A program made the position numbers and the translations under genes. DNA of 64,000 bases, from assembly GCA_030650425.1 (NCBI GenBank), contig JAUSED010000009.1:32904-96903 (forward strand). Reading direction: 5' to 3'. Each line of letters opens with the position of its first letter. Within the stretch, counting starts at the first letter, position 1. Shown in pieces: positions 46,468-55,467 of this stretch. Under the pieces are notes generated by a model. The model was given only the letters and a program-made list of their open reading frames with translations, did not search any database and was not told where the DNA came from. This stretch comes from Candidatus Omnitrophota bacterium (GTDB lineage Bacteria; Omnitrophota; Gorgyraeia; Gygaellales; Profunditerraquicolaceae).

Positions 46468-47469
46468 ATGCAGAATAAACTTAAGATAGCTGTTTTGGGC
46501 GATGGCGGTTGGGGAACTACCTTGGCGATACTGCTTTCAAAAAAAGGATTTCGCGTTACTCTCTGGGGCGCGTTCGCGGAAAATATAGCCAGTATGAATA
46601 AAAAAAGGCTAAACCAAAAGTTTCTGCCTGGGATTAAAATTCCTAAAGAAATAATTTTAACCAGCGATTTAAAAGCCAGCCTGCAGAATAAGGAGATTAT
46701 TGTTTTAGCCATACCTTCGCAATTTATGCGGCAGGTCCTCAAAAAGATCAAACTGGCAGGTTATCCGTCCGAGGCTGTATATTTAAGCGTAACCAAAGGC
46801 ATAGAGATGGGAACGCTTAAGAGAATATCGGAAGTGATCCACGATGAATTGGGAAGGGTACAATTAGCGGTTCTTTCCGGGCCGACGATCGCCCTCGAGA
46901 TTGCTCAGGGCAAACCCGCGGTCGCGGTAATTGCCAGCCATAATCAGGAAGTAAATAATCTTTTACAAAGTATTTTTATAACGGATAGGTTTAGAATATA
47001 CACCAATGACGATGTCATCGGAGTCGAATTAGGGGGAAGCCTGAAAAATATCATTGCGATTGCCTGCGGTATATCCGACGGCCTGGGTTTCGGGGCAAAT
47101 ACCAAAGCCGCGATACTGGCGCGGGGGCTGGCTGAAATTTCAAGATTAGGCGTAGCCATGGGCGCTAAGGCGCATACTTTTAGCGGGATAAGCGGGCTAG
47201 GTGATTTAGTGACTACTTGTATTAGCGAACATAGCCGGAATAGGTTTGTCGGTGAAAAAATTGGCAGAGGGAAAACCCTTAAAGAAGTAATAAATCATAT
47301 GCAAATGATTGCCGAAGGGGTGCCTACGGCAAAATCAGCTTACGCTTTAAGCTTAAGTCATAAAGTGGATATGCCGATTACTAAAGAAGTCTACAATGTT
47401 CTTTACAGGAATAAAACCGCGCTTAAGGCGTTTAAAGATTTGATGGCGCGCGAAAGAAAAAAAGAGTAG
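46468..47469 (+). CDS. gpsA: NAD(P)H-dependent glycerol-3-phosphate dehydrogenase
   Basis: KIAVLGDGGWGTTLA Rossmann motif and GLKN/GxE motifs. Confidence 0.9.
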   Translation: MQNKLKIAVLGDGGWGTTLAILLSKKGFRVTLWGAFAENIASMNKKRLNQKFLPGIKIPKEIILTSDLKASLQNKEIIVLAIPSQFMRQVLKKIKLAGYPSEAVYLSVTKGIEMGTLKRISEVIHDELGRVQLAVLSGPTIALEIAQGKPAVAVIASHNQEVNNLLQSIFITDRFRIYTNDDVIGVELGGSLKNIIAIACGISDGLGFGANTKAAILARGLAEISRLGVAMGAKAHTFSGISGLGDLVTTCISEHSRNRFVGEKIGRGKTLKEVINHMQMIAEGVPTAKSAYALSLSHKVDMPITKEVYNVLYRNKTALKAFKDLMARERKKE

Positions 47470-47613
47470 CTTAGAAATCCCGCGCCTTTCGAAATTAAAC
47501 TTATGAAGGCACGGGATGATTTAGAGGTAGGAATAGTGGGTATTTGAAGAAGGTACCGCTAAACAACTAAGAGACAGCGGTACCGTTTTGCCGATAACTG
47601 ATAGATTGCAAAA

Positions 47614-47688
47614 CGGGGGATGGCGCAGTTTGGCTAGCGCGCTTGAATGGGGTTCAAGAGGCCGAGAGTTCAAATCTCTCTCCCCCGA
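47614..47688 (+). tRNA. tRNA-Pro (anticodon GGG)
   Basis: Acceptor CGGGGGA/TCCCCCG, with the C1-G72 pair typical of tRNA-Pro. D-arm GCGC-AGTTTGGCTA-GCGC, anticodon loop ATGGGGT, T-loop TTCAAAT. Confidence 0.85.
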
Positions 47689-47695
47689 CTAAAAT

Positions 47696-48094
47696 ATGAC
47701 CGATAAAAGCACCGGAAAAGAAAAAAGAGAGGCAGAGCGCGTACACAAACATTTAATTATACAATTCTCCGCGGATGCCGGGCCTCTCCCCCGGAAATGG
47801 GACATATCTACGGTAGAAGATATAGGAGAAAAAGGGGTAAGCTTTTTAGCGAAAGGCGAATTTACCTTAGGAGAAACTTTTCATATGCTTATGAGGATAC
47901 CACTCAGGCCTTTTGAGTGGTTTGAAGTGACGGGAAAGCTTGTTGGTATCGAGGATGCTAAGATCAAAGATGACGATCCGGACCTGAAGACTTTTCTACT
48001 GAGGATTTCATTTTTAGACTTACAGGAGGAGCAAAAAAAGTTAATCCATAGCTATGTTTCCTGCTGCCTGTTAAAACAAGGAGGTATTAAATGA
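47696..48094 (+). CDS. PilZ-domain protein
   Basis: RxxxR (EKREAERVHK) and DxSxxG (DISTVEDIGEKG) c-di-GMP-binding motifs. Confidence 0.6.
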   Translation: MTDKSTGKEKREAERVHKHLIIQFSADAGPLPRKWDISTVEDIGEKGVSFLAKGEFTLGETFHMLMRIPLRPFEWFEVTGKLVGIEDAKIKDDDPDLKTFLLRISFLDLQEEQKKLIHSYVSCCLLKQGGIK

Positions 48095-48453
48095 GTTATG
48101 CTGGTCCGGAAAGAAGAAGGCATCCGAGAGTAAAGGGCCGCTTCATCGTTTCTTACCGCATAATAAGTGACAGCAATAATATCGATATAACCCAAACTAA
48201 AAATATTTCTATGGGTGGGATGCTCCTGACCACCAATAGAAGTTTTAATCTCGGAGTGAATCTTGCTTTAGAGATCAGGCTTCCTTTTGACCCGCATCCG
48301 ATTATGCTTATCGGCCGGGTAGTTGAATCCCGCGAAATCATGAAAGATATGATTTATGACACCCGCATTGAATTTCTGGCGGTTGACGAAAGGCATAGGA
48401 AAATCATAGGTGAAACCGTAGGCTACTATGTTAAGAAAGAAAAGGAAGGCTAA
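48091..48453 (+). CDS. PilZ-domain protein
   Basis: ERRRHPR and NISMGGM motifs. Confidence 0.65.
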   Translation: MSYAGPERRRHPRVKGRFIVSYRIISDSNNIDITQTKNISMGGMLLTTNRSFNLGVNLALEIRLPFDPHPIMLIGRVVESREIMKDMIYDTRIEFLAVDERHRKIIGETVGYYVKKEKEG

Positions 48454-49748
48454 TGAAAAAGATCAATGTAGGCTTGGTTGGATTCGGCAATATCGGCTCA
48501 GGGGTGGTTAAGATCTTACGCGAAAGAAAGTCCTTGCTAAGCGAAAAAATCGGCCTTGAGATAAATATTAAAAAGGTCTGTGATCTAGATATATCGAGGC
48601 AGCGTAACGTGAATTTAGCTAAGGATATGCTTACGCGCGACGTAAAAGATATTATTAATGACCCGCAGATAGATATCTTGGTCGAATTGATCGGAGGTGT
48701 GCATCCGGCAAAGGAGTTTATCCTGGAAGCCTTAAAAAAAGGTAAAAATGTGGTTACGGCGAACAAAGCCCTGCTTGCGCAAGCCGGGCAGGAATTATTC
48801 TCTGAAGCCGCTGACCGCGGAAAGAATATTTATTTTGAAGCATCCGTCGGAGCGGGGATACCGATCATCAAATCCCTGCGCGAAGGTTTAGTAGCCAACA
48901 GGTTCTATAGTATATTCGGTATCGTCAACGGCACGTCTAATTATATCTTATCATCTATGTCTAAAAATAATTGCTCTTTCCAAGAAGCCCTGAAAGTGGC
49001 TCGCTCCAAGGGTTTCGCCGAAAAAGACCCTACCCTGGACATCGAGGGGATGGATTCCGCTCATAAATTAATTCTGCTTACTTATTTGGGATTTGGAAAG
49101 TTTGTCGGCTTAAAAGACGTTTTTGTGGAAGGAATATCCCATATTGCTTTGGCAGATATAAATTATGCCAAAGAGCTGGGTTTTGCCATAAAATTATTGG
49201 CTATCGCTAAAAAAGACGGTGAGGATCTGGAGGTAAAGGTGCATCCTACGCTTTTACCGGAAAATCATCTATTGTCTTCGGTAGACGGAGTTTTTAACGC
49301 TATTTATGTTGCCAGTGATCTGGCAGGCGATTTATTATTCTACGGCCCGGGAGCAGGGCAATTATCCGCGGCTTCCGCGGTAGTTTCGGACTTGGTAGAC
49401 TTAACTCAGGATATTAAGGCAGGGCTTTTTAGGCCTACTTTAAACATAATCGAAGATAAAACCGTTAAAAAATTACGTAAAGTTGACGATTTTAAAAGCC
49501 GCTACTATATCCGTTTTATGGTTTTGGATAAGCCGGGGGTGTTAGCTAGGATATCAGGAGTCCTCGCTAAATTCGGCATCAGTATCGGTTCGGTCAGTCA
49601 AAAGGAACGGAACAAGACTCAATTTATCCCGGTAGTCATGCTCATTCATGAAGCAAAAGAAAAAGATATGCGTAATGCTTTAAGCGTAATTAACCGTATG
49701 GATGTGATCAAAGAAAAACCGGTAGTCATAAGGATGGAAGAGGCGTGA
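48453..49748 (+). CDS. hom: Homoserine dehydrogenase
   Basis: [13 protein letters not shown] Rossmann motif, a catalytic region, and a C-terminal ACT domain. Confidence 0.9.
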   Translation: MKKINVGLVGFGNIGSGVVKILRERKSLLSEKIGLEINIKKVCDLDISRQRNVNLAKDMLTRDVKDIINDPQIDILVELIGGVHPAKEFILEALKKGKNVVTANKALLAQAGQELFSEAADRGKNIYFEASVGAGIPIIKSLREGLVANRFYSIFGIVNGTSNYILSSMSKNNCSFQEALKVARSKGFAEKDPTLDIEGMDSAHKLILLTYLGFGKFVGLKDVFVEGISHIALADINYAKELGFAIKLLAIAKKDGEDLEVKVHPTLLPENHLLSSVDGVFNAIYVASDLAGDLLFYGPGAGQLSAASAVVSDLVDLTQDIKAGLFRPTLNIIEDKTVKKLRKVDDFKSRYYIRFMVLDKPGVLARISGVLAKFGISIGSVSQKERNKTQFIPVVMLIHEAKEKDMRNALSVINRMDVIKEKPVVIRMEEA

Positions 49749-50806
49749 GGTACCTTGGGTTAATCGATAAATACAAACAATACCTGCCGGTAACGGATAA
49801 GACTCCGGTGGTTACGTTAAATGAAGGTAATACCCCTTTAATTCATTCCGCCAACCTTAGTAAGATTTTAGGAAGCGGCTTCGAAGTCTATCTGAAATAT
49901 GAAGGCTTAAATCCTACCGGTTCTTTCAAGGATAGAGGTATGACTATGGCTATTTCCAAGGCTTGCGAAGAAGGCGCAAACGCGGTGATCTGCGCCTCAA
50001 CCGGAAATACCTCTGCTTCCGCGGCAGCTTACGCGGCGCGAGCCGGAATAAAATGCATCGTGCTTATTCCCAGCGGCGCGATTGCTTTAGGTAAGTTAAG
50101 CCAAGCGCTTATTCACGGAGCGGTGGTTTTAGCGGTAAAAGGCAATTTCGATGACGCCTTGAATTTAGTGCGAGAAATTAGCGCCAAATATCCGATTACT
50201 CTGGTAAATTCACTTAACCCTTTTCGCATTGAAGGCCAGAAAACCGCGAGTTTTGAAATTTGCGATTTTCTGGGCGATGCCCCGGATTTCCAAATTATGC
50301 CTGTGGGCAATGCCGGAAATATTACCGCGTATTGGAAAGGATATAAAGAGTATCGGCAAGCAGGAATATCTAAAAGACTGCCGAAGATGCTGGGTTTTCA
50401 GGCAGAAGGGGCTGCTCCTATAGTAAAAGGCCATGCAATTAAGAATCCCGAAACCATCGCTACAGCTATACGCATTGGAAATCCAGCAAGCTGGAAACAA
50501 GCAAAAGAGGCAAGGGATGATTCGGGCGGGTTAATCGATATGGTTTCCGATAGCCAAATACTAGAAGCCTATAAACTTCTGGCTGCTGCTGATGGGGTAT
50601 TTGTCGAGCCGGCTTCCGCGGCCTCAGTCGCAGGGTTACTTAAACTTAATCAAAGTGGTTACTTTAAAGATAAGTCTCCGGCAAAATTGGTATGTATCTT
50701 AACCGGCCATGGATTAAAAGACCCTGACAGGGCGATCAAGAGCGTAAAAAAGCCCAAGGTGATTAAGCCGGAAATGAAAGCGATATTAAAAGAGATTGGC
50801 TACTAA
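49745..50806 (+). CDS. thrC: Threonine synthase
   Basis: PLP motif GSFKDRGM and a fold-type II pattern. Confidence 0.9.
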   Translation: MRYLGLIDKYKQYLPVTDKTPVVTLNEGNTPLIHSANLSKILGSGFEVYLKYEGLNPTGSFKDRGMTMAISKACEEGANAVICASTGNTSASAAAYAARAGIKCIVLIPSGAIALGKLSQALIHGAVVLAVKGNFDDALNLVREISAKYPITLVNSLNPFRIEGQKTASFEICDFLGDAPDFQIMPVGNAGNITAYWKGYKEYRQAGISKRLPKMLGFQAEGAAPIVKGHAIKNPETIATAIRIGNPASWKQAKEARDDSGGLIDMVSDSQILEAYKLLAAADGVFVEPASAASVAGLLKLNQSGYFKDKSPAKLVCILTGHGLKDPDRAIKSVKKPKVIKPEMKAILKEIGY

Positions 50807-51443
50807 TTTAAAAGGAAAAAAAGTTTTAATTACCGCCGGCCCAACCTGGGTTCCGATAGATAGTGTCAGGGTAATTAGCAATACTGCCACCGGAAAAACC
50901 GGTATTTTATTAGCTGACAGTTTAGCGCGGCAGGGAGCAAAAGTTACCTTGTTACTTGGGCCTGTTGGCGCCTATTCTGTAAATAAAAAAGTAAAAATTA
51001 TAGATTTTAAGTTTTTTGATGAACTAAATTATCGATTAAAAGGCGAGCTGAAGAAAAGAAAATACGCGGCCGTAATTCATGCTGCCGCGGTTTCGGATTA
51101 TAAATTAAATGCGGCCAGCAGGAAAAAAATAAGTTCACATAAACAATGTTTAAACTTAACCCTCAAACAGACGCCTAAGATTATTAATGCGCTGCGCAAG
51201 CTAAGCCCGGGATCTTTTCTAGTTGGTTTTAAATTTGAGCCGGATTTAGCCGGAAAGAAGCTTATTTTGAAAGCGCGCGGCCTTTTTAAGCGGGCGCGGC
51301 TGGATTTGGTAGCGGCTAACAGTAGATATAAAAAACATTATATCGCGTATTTAGTAAGCGCTAAAAATGAATGCGGCCCATTTTTATCAAAAGAAAAGAT
51401 GGTTAAGGGGTTGGCCGGTTTAATTGGAGAAGGATGCGCATAA
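50796..51443 (+). CDS. coaB: Phosphopantothenate--cysteine ligase (CoaB domain, standalone)
   Basis: [27 protein letters not shown] is the DFP/CoaB signature. No CoaC flavoprotein domain is present. Confidence 0.7.
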   Translation: MATNLKGKKVLITAGPTWVPIDSVRVISNTATGKTGILLADSLARQGAKVTLLLGPVGAYSVNKKVKIIDFKFFDELNYRLKGELKKRKYAAVIHAAAVSDYKLNAASRKKISSHKQCLNLTLKQTPKIINALRKLSPGSFLVGFKFEPDLAGKKLILKARGLFKRARLDLVAANSRYKKHYIAYLVSAKNECGPFLSKEKMVKGLAGLIGEGCA

Positions 51444-52642
51444 AGTATATTGTTTTAGTTTGTGACGGAATGGCTGATTACCCAATTAAAGAATTGGGTG
51501 AACGTACCCCTATGGAGGCGGCTAAAACACCGAATATGAATTTTATTGCCAAGCACGGAAGGCTGGGCCGGGTAAAGACTATTCCTGACGGTTTTACCCC
51601 GGGTTCGGACGTGGCCCAAATTAGTATTTTCGGTTATGATCCAAAAAAATATTATACCGGAAGAGGCCCGCTGGAAGCGGCGAATCTCGGAGTTGAACTT
51701 GAAGATGATGACGTGGCTTTTCGCTGTAATCTGGTTACGGTTTCAGGTGGGAAACTCACGGATTACAGCGCAGGCCATATAAGTTCAAAAGAGGCGGGGA
51801 TTCTTATCAAGTTTATTGACGAACATTTAGGGACTAATCGGATTAAATTCTATCCCGGAATAAGTTACCGGCATTTGATGGTAGCTAAAAGGGGAGCCGA
51901 CGCGCATCTTGAAAATATACAATGCAAGCCCCCGCACGACATAACTGGACAGGAGATCGCGCTAAATTTACCCAAAGGGGATTCCTCAGGTACGTTGATT
52001 AAATTAATGGAAGAGTCGCGCGAAATATTGGCTAAACATGAGATTAATCTGGTGCGCCTTGATTTAAAAGAAAACCCCGCGAATATGATCTGGCTCTGGG
52101 GACAAGGGAAACGGCCAAATATGCCGAAGTTTAGCGAAAAATATGATTTAACCGGGAGCGTTATCTCCGCGGTAGATTTGATTAAAGGATTAGGCAGGCT
52201 TTTGGGCTTAGAGGTGATTAATGTTCCCGGGGCTACCGGTTATTACGACACTAATTACGAGGGCAAAGCCAAGGCCGCGCTAAAATCGTTAGAAAAAAAT
52301 GATTTTGTTTTTGTGCATGTAGAGGCAGCTGATGAAGCCGGACACAACGGAGATTTAAGGGAAAAGATTACCGCCATCGAAAGGTTTGACCATCTGGTTT
52401 TGGGCAATATACTTAAGGCGTTTAAACACAAGCATAATTTCAGGATTTTAGTTTTACCGGACCACGCTACTCCGGTTTCGCGTAAAACGCACGCTAGCGA
52501 CCCTGTGCCTTTCGGCATATTCGGGCAGGATGTGGTGGCCAGAGGTTTTTTGAATTATAGCGAAAAGGAAGCCCTAAAATCAGATCTCTATTTTGAAAAA
52601 GGGCATGAGTTAATGGATTATTTCATTAAGCAAGCCGATTAA
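51434..52642 (+). CDS. apgM: Cofactor-independent phosphoglycerate mutase, archaeal-type (ApgM family); possible non-orthologous homoserine kinase in the thr operon
   Basis: A metalloenzyme-superfamily pattern matching ApgM: VCDGMADYPI, DVAFRCNLVTV, EAADEAGH, LPDHATP. It sits between thrC/coaB and lysC, and there is no thrB in the block. Confidence 0.7.
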   Translation: MRIKYIVLVCDGMADYPIKELGERTPMEAAKTPNMNFIAKHGRLGRVKTIPDGFTPGSDVAQISIFGYDPKKYYTGRGPLEAANLGVELEDDDVAFRCNLVTVSGGKLTDYSAGHISSKEAGILIKFIDEHLGTNRIKFYPGISYRHLMVAKRGADAHLENIQCKPPHDITGQEIALNLPKGDSSGTLIKLMEESREILAKHEINLVRLDLKENPANMIWLWGQGKRPNMPKFSEKYDLTGSVISAVDLIKGLGRLLGLEVINVPGATGYYDTNYEGKAKAALKSLEKNDFVFVHVEAADEAGHNGDLREKITAIERFDHLVLGNILKAFKHKHNFRILVLPDHATPVSRKTHASDPVPFGIFGQDVVARGFLNYSEKEALKSDLYFEKGHELMDYFIKQAD

Positions 52643-52661
52643 TTCACCGGGGAGAAAATTA

Positions 52662-53888
52662 ATGAAAATGGGAAATAAGCTGATTGTCCAGAAATTCGGT
52701 GGTTCATCCGTCGCGAATGTGGAAAGGATACAACGTGTGGCCGACAGGGTTGTGAGTTATCGAAAAAAAGGCCGGGATTTAGTGGTGGTAGTTTCGGCAT
52801 TAGGGGATACTACCGATGAATTGATCGAGTTAGCCGCGAAAATTAACAGTGAACCCAGCGAACGCGAGATGGACATGCTCCTGTCTACCGGAGAACAAAT
52901 TTCTGTCGCGCTTCTGGCAATGGCGATACACAAATTAGGCTTTGAGGCGATATCATTTACCGGCGCCCAGGTGGGTATCATTACGGATTCGAGTCATACC
53001 CGCGCCAGAATCATCAAAATCAACGCGGATAAAATAAAAGAAGCGCTTAAGGAAGGAAAGATTGTTATTGTTGCCGGATTCCAAGGTATGACTTTAAATC
53101 AAGATATTACTACGCTTGGCCGCGGAGGTTCAGATCTAACCGCGGTTGCCTTGGCTAAAGAATTAAAGGCCGATGAATGCGAAATATATACCGACGTGGA
53201 AGGAATCTATACGACCGACCCAAGAATAGAAAAAAAGGCAAAAAAAATCGAAGCAATTACTTACGATGAAATGCTGGAGATGGCTTCTTTGGGCGCCCAA
53301 GTTATGCAGGCCCGCTCCATTGAAGTAGCCAAAAAATTTAATGTACCTATACATGTGCGTTCGTCGTTTTCGCAAAAAACCGGCACCAAGATTATTAAGG
53401 AGGTCAGTAAAATGGAGGAAGTAGTTGTCAGTGCGGTTACCTTAAATCGAAACGAAGCTAAGATTACTATCTGTAATGTCCCGGACCGTCCGGGAGTCGC
53501 TGCCACGATATTCAAAACTCTCGCCGAGGCAGGAGTGAATGTGGATATGATCGTGCAAAACGTAAGTCATGTCCGGCAGACAGATATATCTTTTACGGTA
53601 TCCAAGGCCGAGGCAAGCCGGGCAATCAAAATTACCCGTAAAATCGCGCTTGCTTTGGGCGTGGAAGAAGTCTTGGAAGACGAGGATATCGCGCGCGTTT
53701 CCATAGTCGGCGTAGGGATGAAATCGCATCCGGGTGTCGCCGCCCAAATGTTCGATACGCTGGCCAAAAATAAAATAAATATTGAGATGATCTCTACTTC
53801 GGATATCAGTATTTCTTGTATTATTAAAAATAGGTTTGCCGAAACCGCGGTTAAGTCTTTGCATGCTAAATTTGATTTAGGAAAATAG
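52662..53888 (+). CDS. lysC: Aspartate kinase
   Basis: VQKFGGSSVA motif and two C-terminal ACT domains. Confidence 0.9.
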   Translation: MKMGNKLIVQKFGGSSVANVERIQRVADRVVSYRKKGRDLVVVVSALGDTTDELIELAAKINSEPSEREMDMLLSTGEQISVALLAMAIHKLGFEAISFTGAQVGIITDSSHTRARIIKINADKIKEALKEGKIVIVAGFQGMTLNQDITTLGRGGSDLTAVALAKELKADECEIYTDVEGIYTTDPRIEKKAKKIEAITYDEMLEMASLGAQVMQARSIEVAKKFNVPIHVRSSFSQKTGTKIIKEVSKMEEVVVSAVTLNRNEAKITICNVPDRPGVAATIFKTLAEAGVNVDMIVQNVSHVRQTDISFTVSKAEASRAIKITRKIALALGVEEVLEDEDIARVSIVGVGMKSHPGVAAQMFDTLAKNKINIEMISTSDISISCIIKNRFAETAVKSLHAKFDLGK

Positions 53889-53898
53889 CGAGGTTTAA

Positions 53899-55467
53899 AT
53901 GTTGAAAGTAAAAATTTATGATACGACTTTACGCGACGGCGCTCAAGGCGAAGGCATCTCTTATTCGGTAATGGATAAGATCAGTATTGCTAAAGAATTG
54001 GATCTATTGGGTATTCAATACATTGAAGGCGGCTGGCCGGGATCAAACCCCAAGGATATGGAATTTTTCCTTAAGATGTCCAAGGTCAGCTTGCAGAATA
54101 GCGGCCTTTGCGCTTTTAGCATGACCCGCAGGCTGAATACTAAAGCCGAAGATGACCCTAACATAAAATCCCTGCTTAAATCCCAGGTTAAGATTATCAC
54201 GATTGTCGGAAAAACCTGGGACCTGCATGTGACAGACGTTTTAAAAACTAGCCCGGAAGAAAATCTGGAAATGGTCAAGGATACGATAAGTTTCTTGGTT
54301 TCCAAAGGCCTGACTGTATTCTATGACGCCGAACATTTCTTTGATGCATATAAAGCAAACCAAGATTACGCCTTAAAGACACTCATTGTCGCCCAAGAAG
54401 CAGGCGCGCAGGCAATTTGTCTCTGTGATACTAATGGAGGAGCGTTAACCTCTGAGATTTCCAGAATAGTGCCGGAAATTAAAAAAAGTGTAAAGATAAG
54501 TTTAGGCATTCACTGTCATAATGATGGGGGGCTGGCCGTGGCCAATTCTCTTGCCGCGGTTGAAGCCGGATGCGATTTAGTCCAAGGGACAATCAACGGT
54601 ATTGGAGAGCGCTGTGGAAACGCGGATTTAATCCCGATTATCGCCAATCTAAAACTGAAAATGAAAATTGATTGCATCCCCGATGATAAATTAAAAGAAT
54701 TAACTCATCTATCGCATTTTGTAAGCGAAATCAGCAATATGAAACAACGCCCTGATCAGCCTTATGTCGGCGATTCCAGCTTCGCGCACAAAGGCGGAAT
54801 GCATATTAACGCGATTATGAAAAATCCGAAAACCTATGAGCATATTGATCCCGAATTAGTGGGTAACCACAGGAGGATTTTAGTTTCGGAATTAGCGGGA
54901 AAGACCGGTGTATTAATCCGCGCCAAAGATTTGGATTTAGATTTGAAGAAAGATGACCCTAAGACTAAAAAAATCCTCCAGCTCGTGCAGAAACTTGAAC
55001 ACGAAGGATATCACTTTGAGGCGGCTGAGGCCTCTTTTGAGCTATTGATGAAACGGGCCCTGAATAAATATAAGAAATTTTTTGAGTTGGAGGGTTTTCG
55101 GGTGGTAATTGAAAAGAAATCAGATAAAGAGCTCACTACCGAAGCGATTATCAAAATCAAGGTTAAAGGCGTAAAAGAACATACTGCCGCGGATGGCGAC
55201 GGGCCGGTGAATGCCTTGGATAACGCCTTGCGTAAAGCCCTAAAAGATTTTTATCCTACGCTTTCTAAGATGCGCCTTTCAGATTTTAAAGTGCGGGTAT
55301 TGGATGAAAAAGCAGGTACAGCCGCCAAGGTGAGGGTGCTTATTCAATCGCAAGATGAGACAACAAGTTGGAACACTATCGGAGTATCAGAAAACATTAT
55401 TGAAGCCAGCTGGCAGGCCCTCACCGACAGTATTGAGTACAAACTGCTAAAAGATAACGTCAAATGA
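53899..55467 (+). CDS. 2-isopropylmalate synthase / (R)-citramalate synthase family protein (likely CimA)
   Basis: LRDGAQGEG...GGWPGSNPKD, HxH motif (HCHNDGG), and a LeuA-type C-terminal regulatory domain. Confidence 0.75.
   Translation: MLKVKIYDTTLRDGAQGEGISYSVMDKISIAKELDLLGIQYIEGGWPGSNPKDMEFFLKMSKVSLQNSGLCAFSMTRRLNTKAEDDPNIKSLLKSQVKIITIVGKTWDLHVTDVLKTSPEENLEMVKDTISFLVSKGLTVFYDAEHFFDAYKANQDYALKTLIVAQEAGAQAICLCDTNGGALTSEISRIVPEIKKSVKISLGIHCHNDGGLAVANSLAAVEAGCDLVQGTINGIGERCGNADLIPIIANLKLKMKIDCIPDDKLKELTHLSHFVSEISNMKQRPDQPYVGDSSFAHKGGMHINAIMKNPKTYEHIDPELVGNHRRILVSELAGKTGVLIRAKDLDLDLKKDDPKTKKILQLVQKLEHEGYHFEAAEASFELLMKRALNKYKKFFELEGFRVVIEKKSDKELTTEAIIKIKVKGVKEHTAADGDGPVNALDNALRKALKDFYPTLSKMRLSDFKVRVLDEKAGTAAKVRVLIQSQDETTSWNTIGVSENIIEASWQALTDSIEYKLLKDNVK

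Noticed and set aside
53461-53500. Small palindrome TCCCGGACCGTCCGGGA inside lysC.
   Set aside because: It is a 6-bp-arm hairpin within conserved coding sequence, with no similarity to the GGGGACA family. It is probably chance.
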